Of a DNA stretch of 64,000 nt, positions 23,018 through 33,282 are shown piece by piece. The stretch is from Styela clava. Its lineage: Eukaryota. The translations under genes and the position numbers were made by a program. The notes beneath the pieces are model-generated. The model was not told the origin of the DNA. It ran no database searches and saw nothing but the letters and a program-made list of their open reading frames with translations. Numbering within the stretch: the stretch's first letter is position 1; every line of letters begins with the position of its first letter. The DNA is taken from assembly GCF_964204865.1 (NCBI RefSeq), contig NC_135254.1, forward strand, positions 21,382,199-21,446,198, given 5' to 3'.

Positions 23018-23250
23018 TGCGGCGGTGTGTCTCATCGTGCTAAGCGTTAGCCGTAGGATAGTTCACTTAACCGCTGGTCTGTTACGGCTTCCTCCACCAT
23101 CAAGTCCATGCTTCCGAAAAACAAATAACTAATTAATCCCATACCCGACATGGAATGGTATCCGGACGAGAGGCCGTGGTTTGCCATATGGTTAGGCCGT
23201 ATTATCGGCTTTTCTCTGTCCTGGGATAAATATGTAAATTCTATCCTATT
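23018..23250 (+). mobile_element. tRNA-derived SINE copy (B-box region deleted, full 3' tail)
   Basis: Shares GGCGGTGTG..CTCA.CG.GCTAAGCGTTAG, ..CAAGTCCATGCTTCCGAAAAACAAATAACTAAT.AATCCCATACCCGACATGGAATGGTA.CCGGACGAGAGGCCGTGGTTTGCCATATGG... and the tail CTGGGATAAATATGTAAAT.CTATCC. Confidence 0.7.
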
Positions 23251-24039
23251 CTAATTCTGGGATGCCGGTGTGAAGTTGTTTGGTTGACTTTTTGATTGTT
23301 GCTCGCTGAGCTGTGTGATTTTCTATTGGTTGACAGTTTAACTTGAATTCCCTGTTGTTCTTGTGTTGTCCCCAGTTTTGTTCCTCTCTCTAGCGACAGG
23401 CCCAACGGTTGATGGCCATTGTTTGTTTGTGTGCTGTCGTGTTGCTCGTCATGGTTAGGGCATCCTTGCGTTACATGCACGTGGATTCACTGTGCAAAGG
23501 TGTAGAGCAAGTAAAGGTCGGTAATTTTTATGGTTATCAATATCATATTTGCGATTTGTTTATAAAACAATAGTGGTGCTGGTGCTCGTTTTAAGGGTAG
23601 GCAATGAAGCAGGAAGCCATACATTAGGCGCGTTTTATAAGGCACATTATTTGATATTTAATAAAACTATTTTCAAATCCACTAAAATATTAGATTTAGC
23701 TTCCCTGCCCTATGTAGTGCATTGATTACCATACTCTATGCTTTCGATTATTCGGATGAAAGTGATGAGCCCCATTTACAGATTTAAATGAAACTAGCTA
23801 AATTGCTGTATTGTTGTGCACAAGTATTTTCACTAGAAACAAGGCTTCTCATTCTCATTAAACTCACACAAACTGTTTTGAATAATGTGAGAATTTAAGA
23901 TTATATAGCAGGGGTCACCAAACTACGGCAGGATCCGGCCCGCGTCGTCATTTTATCCGGCCCGCAATAACACACAAATGTGGCCAAATATTTTTCCAAG
24001 AAAAGTTTTCTCGAGCATGGTCTTCCTTATTTATTTCGT

Positions 24040-24140
24040 AACATTGGCCAATCAGCAAGATGCAAAAAAGTGACGTAATAATGGGCCTTTTCGCATCCGC
24101 TCAGACACTTTCGTCACCCTGACAGATTTTCAATCGTGGT
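24040..24140 (-). repeat. repeat family R1 fragment nested in the 23909..29258 transposon
   Basis: Reverse complement of 14390..14480. Confidence 0.45.
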
Positions 24141-25912
24141 TGTAAAAAATACTTTGTTTTTGCGATTTTGAATGCTATAGTAGTATATATTTACGATGTT
24201 ATTCGTTAGTTTCTGGTTGTATTTGGGAAATTTAAGTATGAATCAAATAAGTCAATCATCATTTGCCTCTTTAGGAGTTGTAGTTTAAATAGTAGTAATG
24301 AAAAATTAGTCTAGAAATAGCTGTGACGAAATAGGCTAAAATTCTCTACCGGGAGGCAACGTTTTCTGCGAAAGATGCACGCACCGAAACTGTTTACATC
24401 TTTGTGCTAAAATGAACTTCGAATGTGCATTTTGCGCTAACAGTACTGTAATCCCTCGCGTACTGCTCCAATTTCACAAGTCACACTAATTTTTGTACTG
24501 CTTAACTGATTCATGTAGGTAAGTTACAAAAAAATGAAGTTCATCCGATTTGAATAAAAACTGCGCGAGCGGATAGATCTGAGTGAAAATAAGAAAACAA
24601 TATCCAGTTTATAAAAAAGCGGTCGAGAAATAACGGAGATATCGGAATTTTAGTACCGCCCGACAGGCCATTTTTTTCTTAAGGATTGTGTAACTTTTTT
24701 GATAAGAACTGTAATAAATATGAAAAAAACACATATCAATCACTAACCTTTCAATCTGCGTCACATCTATGGAATATTGAGACTATTTCAGGATTTTTTT
24801 TTCTGGCAACGGTCTTGACACCCCCGACAGTTCGTCGCAAATAAACGCTGGAGTTGTGCATGATGTTTGACCGTAAATATGTTTGACAGTGGTTCATTAT
24901 GGGTAAAATAAAACGATGTTCTGATTGTACAAACTCCATAAAAATTGGTAAGTATCATGTATCAAGTTAGGAAAGAAATACACACGTCCACATAAATTTT
25001 ATTGGTGTCCATAGACAATATCATTAATTTGCACCACGAATGTCTTGGGCGTAATTTTAAAAGCTCCGAATGTTGGGAATTTGTGCCCTAATGATTAAAA
25101 ATCAAATACCAGATAATAGTTGTTTATTTTATCTAAATTATGTCGAAATTTCATGGAATTCCATGCTACAGCAGGCAGTCCGTAGTCGTGCAACGTTTTG
25201 ATAACAGCTAAACTCAGGATTGTCGTCTAGGGCTAGGCTATATATAGAAATTTTGTATATTTGTTTTCCTAGGATGTTCTCGATCCATATTCTGCAATAT
25301 ATATAGAATTTAATTTTCAAGTCTTCAGAAATGTAAAATATATCGCCGGATGAGAACAGAACAGGCCTAAGTCACATTTTTGAGTTTTGAGAAAATCGCA
25401 AAAAACAGTTTTGAATTTTATCATAGTTGAATATCTAGTTATGTATTCTCAGTGAAGATCTGAGCTTTGGCTAGGATAAGGTCCCTGATAATAGCTTTTT
25501 AATCAACATCTTTTGGCACTTCAACTTCGATTCGTTTTCATTTTTTACCCCCCTAAAGACATTTGGCCTATTCTGTTCTCAGTGATAATTGACGGACTTA
25601 GGCCCTTTCTGTCACCCATTGGTTCTTAGGCCCAATATACACTACACAAATTCCTATAATTGTGACTTAGGTCTGTTGGCCTAACATATCTCTGCTTGCT
25701 AATGCCAGTATGCCTCAGTTTTACAGCAGCCTTGTTGTTGTTTTTGTCTTGTGTATTGAATCAAAACAACAGAACAACTAACGAACTACAAAATTAGACC
25801 AATTTTGAATGTGAAGTTTTCAAAAAAGGAATAAAAAAGAAACTGAATATGAAAAATCAAAAAACAATTCAAAGGGTTTGAAACCCTGTGTCTTTAAAAC
25901 TGGTGAATCGAT

Positions 25913-27085
25913 CTAAATAGAGGAAGATTCATCATCACTGTCTGATTCATCTGTTTCATCATTTTGAATGGTGAGACTCTCGTAGAACGTATGGTATTGC
26001 GGTGGAATGAGATTTTTTTTACACAGCTTCATTAAGGCACCATATTTTTCCATTGTAATTCCCGGTTTTTTTTTGTAGCTTCGCCTCATTTCATTCATCC
26101 TGGGTAACATATCCAGGGTTCCTGAAATTCTTCGACTCAACCTCACTTTTTTTATGAATGAAACTTCCTGATATTCTTCTTCTGCATAAAGGTACTTGAA
26201 GAAAAACTTATCAGGTTTTTCACCAGAAAACTTGGCCTGCATGATCTTAGACCATTTGATCTTTGATCCATTCACTTTTAGGTTTGATTTGTAAACGTCT
26301 TGAAACATGGTGAGTTTTTCTCCAAATTTGAAATCCAGGATATCACTATGGGACATTCTAGTCATAGTTATATTTCTATTTTTATTCCCTTTAGTCAATG
26401 CTTGTACGATGACAGATTCCCACTGATCGGTGGTAAAGGTATGCAGCCGTTTTGACTCTTTTTCGATAAGAGAATGTGCACAGTCATTCTCGTTTTGGCT
26501 ATGCCCTGTAACAAAAAAGCTTAACGTTATATCTGAAAATCCAAACCAATTAAGGGCAAGGGATAGCATGATGTATACCATGCGGTTGCAATTTTGTCCT
26601 GCGCATCTGTCACAAAAAAGGTACACACTCTTCACACCCTTTTTTTGTAAAAACTTCAAGTAGAGCAACAGTGCAGACGCCACCTCATTTGAACCCTTTT
26701 TTGCTTCTTCCTCATTCCACAAGTAACAATGAACTTCTTTAAAAGACGAGATGTCCGAAACTGTGAAGTTGTAGTTTCGCAGTCTCATGCTATAGTAAAA
26801 TGAGGAACTCTCTCCTGCAGGTGCCAGGAGTGTTTTTTGAAAGTCAAATGCTGATGCTTGAATATGGCTATTGTCTTGTGCTTTTTCTTTTATTTGTGCT
26901 TTGAACACCCTGCTCAAGTTCTTTTCTTGATCATGTTCTGCCTTTGATTTTACTATTTCGGTAGTTCTCAATGAATCTTTTGTATTGTCCCATGCATCAC
27001 ATATGTCACATCGATCCTTTTTGGGTTGATGAAATTTTATATTAAAATTATCATGAAAAATGGACAAGTAAGCTTCGTATTTCAA
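25913..27085 (-). CDS. transposon ORF 2 (390 aa): putative DDE-type transposase catalytic region (family not recognised)
   Basis: Contains spaced acidic residues in conserved-looking blocks (YLFCDRCAGQN ... FFVTGHSQNENDCAHSLIE) and a C-terminal acidic tail. It does not match hAT motifs. It may be one gene with ORF 1 via frameshift, or a separate one (4-nt overlap). Confidence 0.45.
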   Translation of the reverse strand: MKYEAYLSIFHDNFNIKFHQPKKDRCDICDAWDNTKDSLRTTEIVKSKAEHDQEKNLSRVFKAQIKEKAQDNSHIQASAFDFQKTLLAPAGESSSFYYSMRLRNYNFTVSDISSFKEVHCYLWNEEEAKKGSNEVASALLLYLKFLQKKGVKSVYLFCDRCAGQNCNRMVYIMLSLALNWFGFSDITLSFFVTGHSQNENDCAHSLIEKESKRLHTFTTDQWESVIVQALTKGNKNRNITMTRMSHSDILDFKFGEKLTMFQDVYKSNLKVNGSKIKWSKIMQAKFSGEKPDKFFFKYLYAEEEYQEVSFIKKVRLSRRISGTLDMLPRMNEMRRSYKKKPGITMEKYGALMKLCKKNLIPPQYHTFYESLTIQNDETDESDSDDESSSI

Positions 27086-28536
27086 GGGATTCTCAATGTT
27101 ATTTGAGGCAAATATTGATATTTAGACTCCTTTCGAACATAGTGACTTTGAACTGTCTTAAACATACAAATATGTTCAATTACCTTTTCCACTTTTTTTG
27201 GATCAAATCTGTTATGGGGTACAGTTATACCACGCATATCATTTTCAACACTTCCAATAAATTCTTTTGATAATGCTGTTCTAACTTGTTTTCTTGAAAC
27301 ATCAAGAGTTGTGAGGAAAAATGTCTGACAAACCTCAAACTGATCTCCACTTTCCTTCTGAAGAAAATATTTGAAACTAACATCTCTTTTTTTGCGTCTG
27401 ACTTCAATATCTGGTCTCAATCTGCTTCTTTTAATTTTGCATTTTTCAATCATTTTCGTAATATAAATTCTTTTTGACAATATGTTATCTAATTTCCAAT
27501 AATTTTCAAATAAAACTTCTCTGTCCTTGGCAGAAAATATTTCATTGCACTTTTTTTTACATGAACTAGAACATGTTTTCTTTATTTCTCTTTTAGGCAT
27601 CAATCTAATTTCTTTATTTTTTGTTCTGTATTGGTAAGACTGTCCATGCATTCGAGCTTCCTTCCTAATATTTCTCTGCCACTTGGAGATATTTCTTTTT
27701 CTTTTTCTTTCTGTCAAAGGAGTAGGTGTTATCCAGTCTGTTGAACACTGTTCATTAACCTGATTTTCTGTTTGGTCACAAAGCTTATTTATGTCACACA
27801 GATTCCATGTGATGGCAGTACCTTCCTTGTGTTCTACAAGGTTAAAATATGGCCAATGGATCGCAGTTTGGAACACTTTAGTTATAAAAAAACTTCCTTG
27901 TCTATCCTCACAGTGAACACTTCTACACTTTGCTTTGAATATGGGATATCTTTCATAGCATAGAATTACTTCTTCACTTTCGACGACTGAAATGTCAACC
28001 TGGTGCTGTACTGTGGAATTTGATTTATCACTGTCAGATTCATTGTTTTGAGCCGTCCAATAACATGGCATAGACTGAGACTTTTCCTTCTCATAATTAT
28101 AAGTTGGATCTTTATCTGAATCATCATTATAATATTCAAAAGATTCATCTGATAAATTTTCTTCCTGGTCTTCGTTTTGAGAATTTTGAGCTTCAACAAG
28201 GACAAAATCTTTTTCCTCATCACCGATATCAAGTTTTAAAGCATTTTTTGGAACTGAAGTTGTTTGATTGTCAATAAAAAATTTGACTCGAACAGTGTTG
28301 GAGTAGACGCAAACTATCACTCCTTTTAACAGCGTCTTATCTTTATATGGTAAACTATTACTGTATTCACGCTGTTCATTATCGAAATATGTAGCAGGGA
28401 GATAAACTTCTTTTCCTGTTTGCAGAATCTGACTCTCAGTGCTATCCCAACTTCGTGTGCCACAGGGGAATTCAGATTCAGGACCTAACATTGCTTCACT
28501 GATAAATTGTATATAGCTTTGGGAAAAGTTAAACAT
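27082..28536 (-). CDS. transposon ORF 1 (484 aa): acidic Asp/Glu-rich protein with possible N-terminal Tudor/Agenet-like fold and basic Cys-containing middle region
   Basis: Long uninterrupted ORF inside the nested TIR element. It has an N-terminal W..G..V.A.Y.D....Y.G.I..V......V.F pattern, an acidic low-complexity stretch and basic KRKR/KKK clusters (putative NLS or DNA binding). Its stop overlaps the start of ORF 25913..27085 by 4 nt. Confidence 0.5.
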   Translation of the reverse strand: MFNFSQSYIQFISEAMLGPESEFPCGTRSWDSTESQILQTGKEVYLPATYFDNEQREYSNSLPYKDKTLLKGVIVCVYSNTVRVKFFIDNQTTSVPKNALKLDIGDEEKDFVLVEAQNSQNEDQEENLSDESFEYYNDDSDKDPTYNYEKEKSQSMPCYWTAQNNESDSDKSNSTVQHQVDISVVESEEVILCYERYPIFKAKCRSVHCEDRQGSFFITKVFQTAIHWPYFNLVEHKEGTAITWNLCDINKLCDQTENQVNEQCSTDWITPTPLTERKRKRNISKWQRNIRKEARMHGQSYQYRTKNKEIRLMPKREIKKTCSSSCKKKCNEIFSAKDREVLFENYWKLDNILSKRIYITKMIEKCKIKRSRLRPDIEVRRKKRDVSFKYFLQKESGDQFEVCQTFFLTTLDVSRKQVRTALSKEFIGSVENDMRGITVPHNRFDPKKVEKVIEHICMFKTVQSHYVRKESKYQYLPQITLRIP

Positions 28537-31075
28537 ACAAGATTATTAAGTAGAACACAATTTAATACATACAAGACTACTAAATAGCACACAATTTAAT
28601 ATTTATAATCTTTAAATTATTATGCAGTTATACTTAAAGCCTGCTATTCAATATACCAAGGCTCTTATCCCATTTAATATCTAACTTTCCAGGGTAAGCT
28701 ACCTCTAGTAACCTGTTTCCTGTAGCACATGCTCATAAGTATAACTGCAATATGCTTTATCAGTTGTCTTCATCACAATGAATAATTTGTTTCAGCCAAT
28801 CAGGACAATCATATTTATTTTTTCATGTTCTTTGGGACTACTTGATTCTAAACTTTGCCATAGAATGGGCCTATGTTCATTTTGACAGTAAATATGTGGG
28901 ACTGAAAGGGCCTAAGTCCAGCATATTGGACATAGGCCTGTTCTGTTCTCAACACCTCTATGATTATAGCATTCCTAAGTCCAGCTAAAATTTTTATTAT
29001 TGAGAAATTCAGGATTTCAAGACCACCATCTTGTAGAGCATGGCTCAAAACCCCAAAATATTGAAAAAAGTGAATTTTGCAAAAATGTGACTTAGGCCCC
29101 TTCTGTTCTCATCCGGCGATATATTGTTGAATAAATTGAATGGATTCCCCAATTTTTGTGAATTTATTGTATTGCATTAACAAAAATATTTGTCCGGCCC
29201 ATTTCAACATAGTTTGAGTCATACCCGGCCCACGGTCGAAAAAGTTTGGTGACCCCTGTTATATAGGAATAAAATAAAATCTGAATTTCTGGAAGGATAA
29301 ATTTTGGTATGCAATCTCGTTAACCTAACAATGACAGGGTTCGGGTTAGGAACAGAATTCTCTGAATTTTTTTTTGAGATCACACATTGAGCAAGTGGTA
29401 TCATGTACAAAAGGAGTTTAATGACGCATACCAAAGTAGCGTCCAAATTTTTTTACAATGTTTACAAATGCATAAATGCTTTGATAGTGATTTACTGGCA
29501 ACACAACTTTCTTAAAAAAAAATTAAAAAAATTTGTTGTTGTTTTGGTTACGTAAAATTATAAATGCAAAACAAGGTAACGAGCTATTGTGCGAATTTTT
29601 TTCCGAAATTTTACCAAGGAATTATCATTTGACTAGTAGAATTGCCATTATTGGTGTCAACAAAACTTATATTATTCACAGTTTTATTTTTAGTATTTTA
29701 TATTGCCGCTTTTCAACTTTTCGACATAGTTAATGCTTTGTTCTTTGCCCGCGAATTATGCTGGGCCTTGCACGAAATCAATAACGTGAAAAGATACGTC
29801 CAGCGGTGAAAATTGTTTATAACAACTTTAGATCTAGTTAATTTTTTAGCGATAATAATTAATTGTTGTAATGAAACACAGTTTGCCTCTTTCATTTCTC
29901 TCGCAAGTGCCAACAATAACACTATTGAAAGATTTTGACAATGAGAAAATCATTTTAAATTGTACAAAATGAATTAGTTGTGCAAAACCGTGGCGCGTGA
30001 TCGGCGGTGCGTTTGAAGACGGAGTATGACCCGTGCTGGCGCGCATTTTTCACGAAAATGTGAGGTGCTCCGAAGGCGCCCTGATCCACATTATTGTAAG
30101 AAAACAGTTATAATATCGGTAACTATTAACCGTTTAATTGCGTTTGACTATCGCACTTTTCGGAAATGGTAATTTTGTAAGGCGGGAACAACATGTGTTT
30201 TTGCGAAATTATTGGGGGGGCGACTGCCCCCCCTCGCCCCCCCGGGTGTCCGCCCCTGCTCTACCTGGTTTTACTTTGAAATGCTGAAAGTTTGTCGCGC
30301 ATTTGCAAGTCCCCACGGCGAAACCATTGGGAACCGCTACATTGCACCGTTTTTCTTTATCAATATAACCCTTTCATTTTTTGGTGTTCCGCGAGGAGAT
30401 ATAAAAACTGTGGCCGAAAAATGGAAACTTTCACGTATAGCAAAACAAAATATTTCATCATCTATCCGCTGAAAGGAATATGCGGTGCGGTAACCTAACA
30501 GTACCATACCTGTAGCCCTGATATTCGATCGCGGGACCGCCTGAAACAATTTAAAAACAGTGTTCCATGATTTTTGATGTCACAATCACTAACGCTTACA
30601 TTTATCCTAATACAGTGTAACCATGTTTCCCATGTGCCGAAACATCACTGTCCATCGGCTAAATGCTTGATTGAAACATCAGCGCAACAGTTAATACAAG
30701 ATAGAATTTTATAATATTGCACATCCCTAAACGTGTCGTTGGAAGTTAAGTTTCAGTAAACAGAAAGGTTGGTGATGAGCACAGACAATTTCAAAAAACT
30801 GGGAAATGCAATATTTCTTTGTTGAGCGTATGAGCATCCTGACATGTTTTATCTGCACAATTGAAGTTGCTGTGCACAAGGAATACAATTTAAACGAGTT
30901 GCTCAGCTTTTATTGTGGAAAACCTGATGTGGCCCGGACTCATTTGAGACTCTGCCCCAGCAAAGCTGCCCCAAAGAAGCTTCACGTACCGGCAGTTGGG
31001 AACCACTGTTCTAGTACATCGTTACATTACACCAGTTATACGAGTTGAATTTGGTTCAAATTTGGTTTGGAAAAA

Positions 31076-31252
31076 ATGGTTCAATCTTTGATATATTTTA
31101 GGAATAAGTTGGTAAACAAAAGCCTTCAGAAAAACATAGAAAACAAGAAAAAAGTTATTGTCCCCAATAAAAGATGGCTTCAACATTTCACTGACAAGGA
31201 TGCGAAGGTTGGTTGCCGAAACTTTAAGACCTTGATTCTAGACATGGGATAA
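31076..31252 (+). CDS. PARP4-like gene A, candidate first coding exon (start of PH-like domain, ...NKRWLQHFTDKDAK)
   Basis: An ATG at 31076 follows an in-frame stop at 31046. The exon ends AAG|GTTGGT (donor). The ...WL.HFTDKD.K end is conserved with gene B exon 43163..43222. Further upstream exons cannot be excluded. Confidence 0.4.
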   Translation: MVQSLIYFRNKLVNKSLQKNIENKKKVIVPNKRWLQHFTDKDAKVGCRNFKTLILDMG

Positions 31253-31570
31253 CAGTTCAATGTTGAATTTTTTATCAGGATTGGCAGATTTGAGACATAT
31301 TCATGGGTCTAAATATTTGTATGGGCATTTTTAAAAGCCATAGTTCACTGTTGTGAATAATAATTGCTTCAATATATAACATTGTACGGATAATTGTATA
31401 TGCAGGAAGTTTCTGGTTATTTTTCATATCTTATCCTATTTTAAATATTTGAAATGCTATCATTCACCATTGAATTTGAATTTCAAAGATGATAATAGCT
31501 TTAAGTACTGCAATTTTTATTACTGCTTAAATTATCAGATTGTATGATATATTATTTCTTTGCATGCCAG

Positions 31571-31648
31571 ATAAGGCGACACTTCTGGTGTATAGATGAT
31601 GACTATGTCACACTTTTCTTGACTGAAAGTGAATCACTATTTTTCAAG
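31571..31648 (+). CDS. PARP4-like gene A exon 2 (PH-like domain; IRRHFWCIDDDYVTLFLTESESLFFK)
   Basis: Flanked by acceptor CAG at 31568-70 and donor GT at 31649. It is 78 nt, phase 0. It is 24/26 aa identical to gene B exon 43376..43453, which has the same length and canonical splice sites. Confidence 0.6.
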
Positions 31649-32643
31649 GTAATAAATAGTTCTATAAGCAATTTTGTCTACCATATCCAACATTGAAGTT
31701 GTTTAAATTATCTATCATGATTCATGTCTTATCAATTTCATAATTTCTTTTATTTTGCTTTTTTTATTTATAAGAAGATACCGCATAAAAAAATCATGGT
31801 AATTAGCTGAAGCAATCAATGTATTCATTGTGTTATCTCATATAGAAAAGCAGAATTGCTGGGGCGTTAAATGAGTGCTCATAAGGAAGGAAGTGTTAGG
31901 CAACATATCAGACATGTGATGATTCAGTGTCAATCAAAATATACAGACCATAAACAAAGTAATAGACAACTTGGGAACCAATCTAAGTGGGTTGAAGCAG
32001 AGAATAAGAGGATGAAGCAGGCCATAATATTTACCTCATGGAATGAAATGACAAAAAAATTCATCTGGCAATAATCTGACAATGGCTTTATTGTGTTACT
32101 ACATGTGATCATTAAATTTTATGCTGTCTTGAAGTTGTTTAAGGAATTGTATAACATTAATACCCAAACTGTGTTAGGTATTCTACTAGTGGTTATGAAA
32201 ATTTACTGCAAGTGAATGAATATGTTTTTCTATGATTCCGTTGGTTTTACAATAATTATTATAAATTGTTCCAAGTTTCTGTCTTATCTTCCTTTGACTC
32301 AATACCACTCAGGAATGCTGTGTATAGTTTTTCTAACTCGAAATGCTAGTTCTCGACAATTTAATAATCATTGGGCAGGGATCATGTACCTATCTGTATA
32401 AGACATAACTTATAATGCGCTCTGAGTGATTTTGTACTTTAAAAAAGTCAGCTATTCTGTGGAGGTGATGGCGATTGTTAATTAATAATCGTAGTGCAAT
32501 TATAAGACCATTCTGTGGTTCAATCCGGCTTTATATAAGCAATTTTTTACGTCATTTTTTACGTCATTCAATTAATAACATTCAATGAAATTTGAAACTC
32601 AGTACCATACCTCATTTATGTCCATCGATTTTTCTTCTCACAG

Positions 32644-32774
32644 AAAATTCTTTTGACGGATATCATGTCAATCAATAAGGGCAAATGTTCTCAATCATTG
32701 AAATATGATTTCAAGTTAACTTTATCAAATTTGACTATTTTTGTCTTTGAGGATTTATCAAAGGATTTTGACAT
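32644..32774 (+). CDS. PARP4-like gene A exon 3 (PH-like domain; KILLTDIMSINKGKCSQSLKYDFKLTLSNLTIFVFEDLSKDFD)
   Basis: Acceptor TTCTTCTCACAG and donor GTGAGT. It is homologous to gene B exon 43703..43824, which is 9 nt shorter and in the same phase. Confidence 0.55.
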
Positions 32775-32909
32775 GTGAGTCTTTAATTGTTGTTGTATTG
32801 TTGGTTTTTAAATTCCTCGTATGTGTTACTATTTGTTAACATTTAGCTGTTATCAGTTGGTAAGTGTAGTTTGTTTCTATTTGAGCCATAACCTTGTCTT
32901 TGCTTCAAG

Positions 32910-32992
32910 GAATCAAGAAAAGCATTGGTATGACATACTGAAACAAGCGCATTCGTCTGCTGTAAATCATGAGAAGATTGCCAATGTGAATG
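32910..32992 (+). CDS. PARP4-like gene A exon 4 (PH-like C-terminal helix; ..EKHWYDILKQAHSSA..)
   Basis: Acceptor CTTCAAG and donor GTAGGC. It is 83 nt, identical in length and phase to gene B exon 44039..44121, and carries the conserved HWY..LK.AHS.AV helix. Confidence 0.55.
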
Positions 32993-33282
32993 GTAGGCAA
33001 TGGGTTTAAATGAACTATTTTATTGCTGTATTTTCATCCCAATGATAATATATATATATTTTATATTGCCAAGATAAAATTGGGAATTGGGTATACTTCA
33101 TAACACTTCAATTATCATTGTATATTGTAGCACAGCTGATGTTTGGTGAATAGAGATATACTTTTTATCTCATGTCAAAATTAAAAATTCACTCATAGTC
33201 TCTATGCTTCTTGCACTTCTATTAATTGGAACATTTTCAATTTAATATTGTTCACCAAACAAGTTTGATTTTGTATTGTCAG

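Larger units (their letters stand above)
25334..29128 (-). mobile_element. nested DNA transposon (about 3.8 kb) with about 42-bp TIRs and subterminal GGCCTAAGTC repeats, superfamily unassigned
   Basis: The TIR AATATATCGCCGGATGAGAACAGAA(C/G)(A/G)GGCCTAAGTCACATTTTTG occurs at 25330-25375 and inverted at 29086-29131. Multiple inverted GACTTAGGCC/GGCCTAAGTC subterminal motifs lie at 25560-25680 and 28840-28980. It encloses ORFs 27082..28536 and 25913..27085. Confidence 0.65.
23909..29258. mobile_element. hAT-type (by termini and TSD) composite DNA transposon, 5.35 kb, perfect 8-bp TSD TTATATAG
   Basis: Termini are CAGGGGTCACCAAACT at 23909 and AGTTTGGTGACCCCTG ending at 29258, with subterminal CCGGCCCGCG / CGGGCCGG motifs. 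Identical TTATATAG flanks sit at 23901-23908 and 29259-29266. The interior is occupied by a nested long-TIR element and an R1 repeat fragment. No hAT transposase is encoded. Confidence 0.75.

Noticed and set aside
30190-30250. Poly-G/poly-C stretch GGGGGGGCGACTGCCCCCCCTCGCCCCCCCGGG as a possible G-quadruplex or regulatory element
   Set aside because: Highly similar poly-G/poly-C blocks form the subtermini of the hAT element 51369..53074. This is most likely a fragment of that element family rather than a regulatory site.
33276-33282. ORF-track start codons of the two giant ORFs (33276 and 45061)
   Set aside because: Both are TTG codons (the track evidently allows alternative starts). They sit inside polypyrimidine-CAG splice acceptors, and there is no in-frame ATG nearby. 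Conserved upstream exons with matching phase exist in both paralogues. The real CDS enters these exons by splicing at 33283 and 45074.
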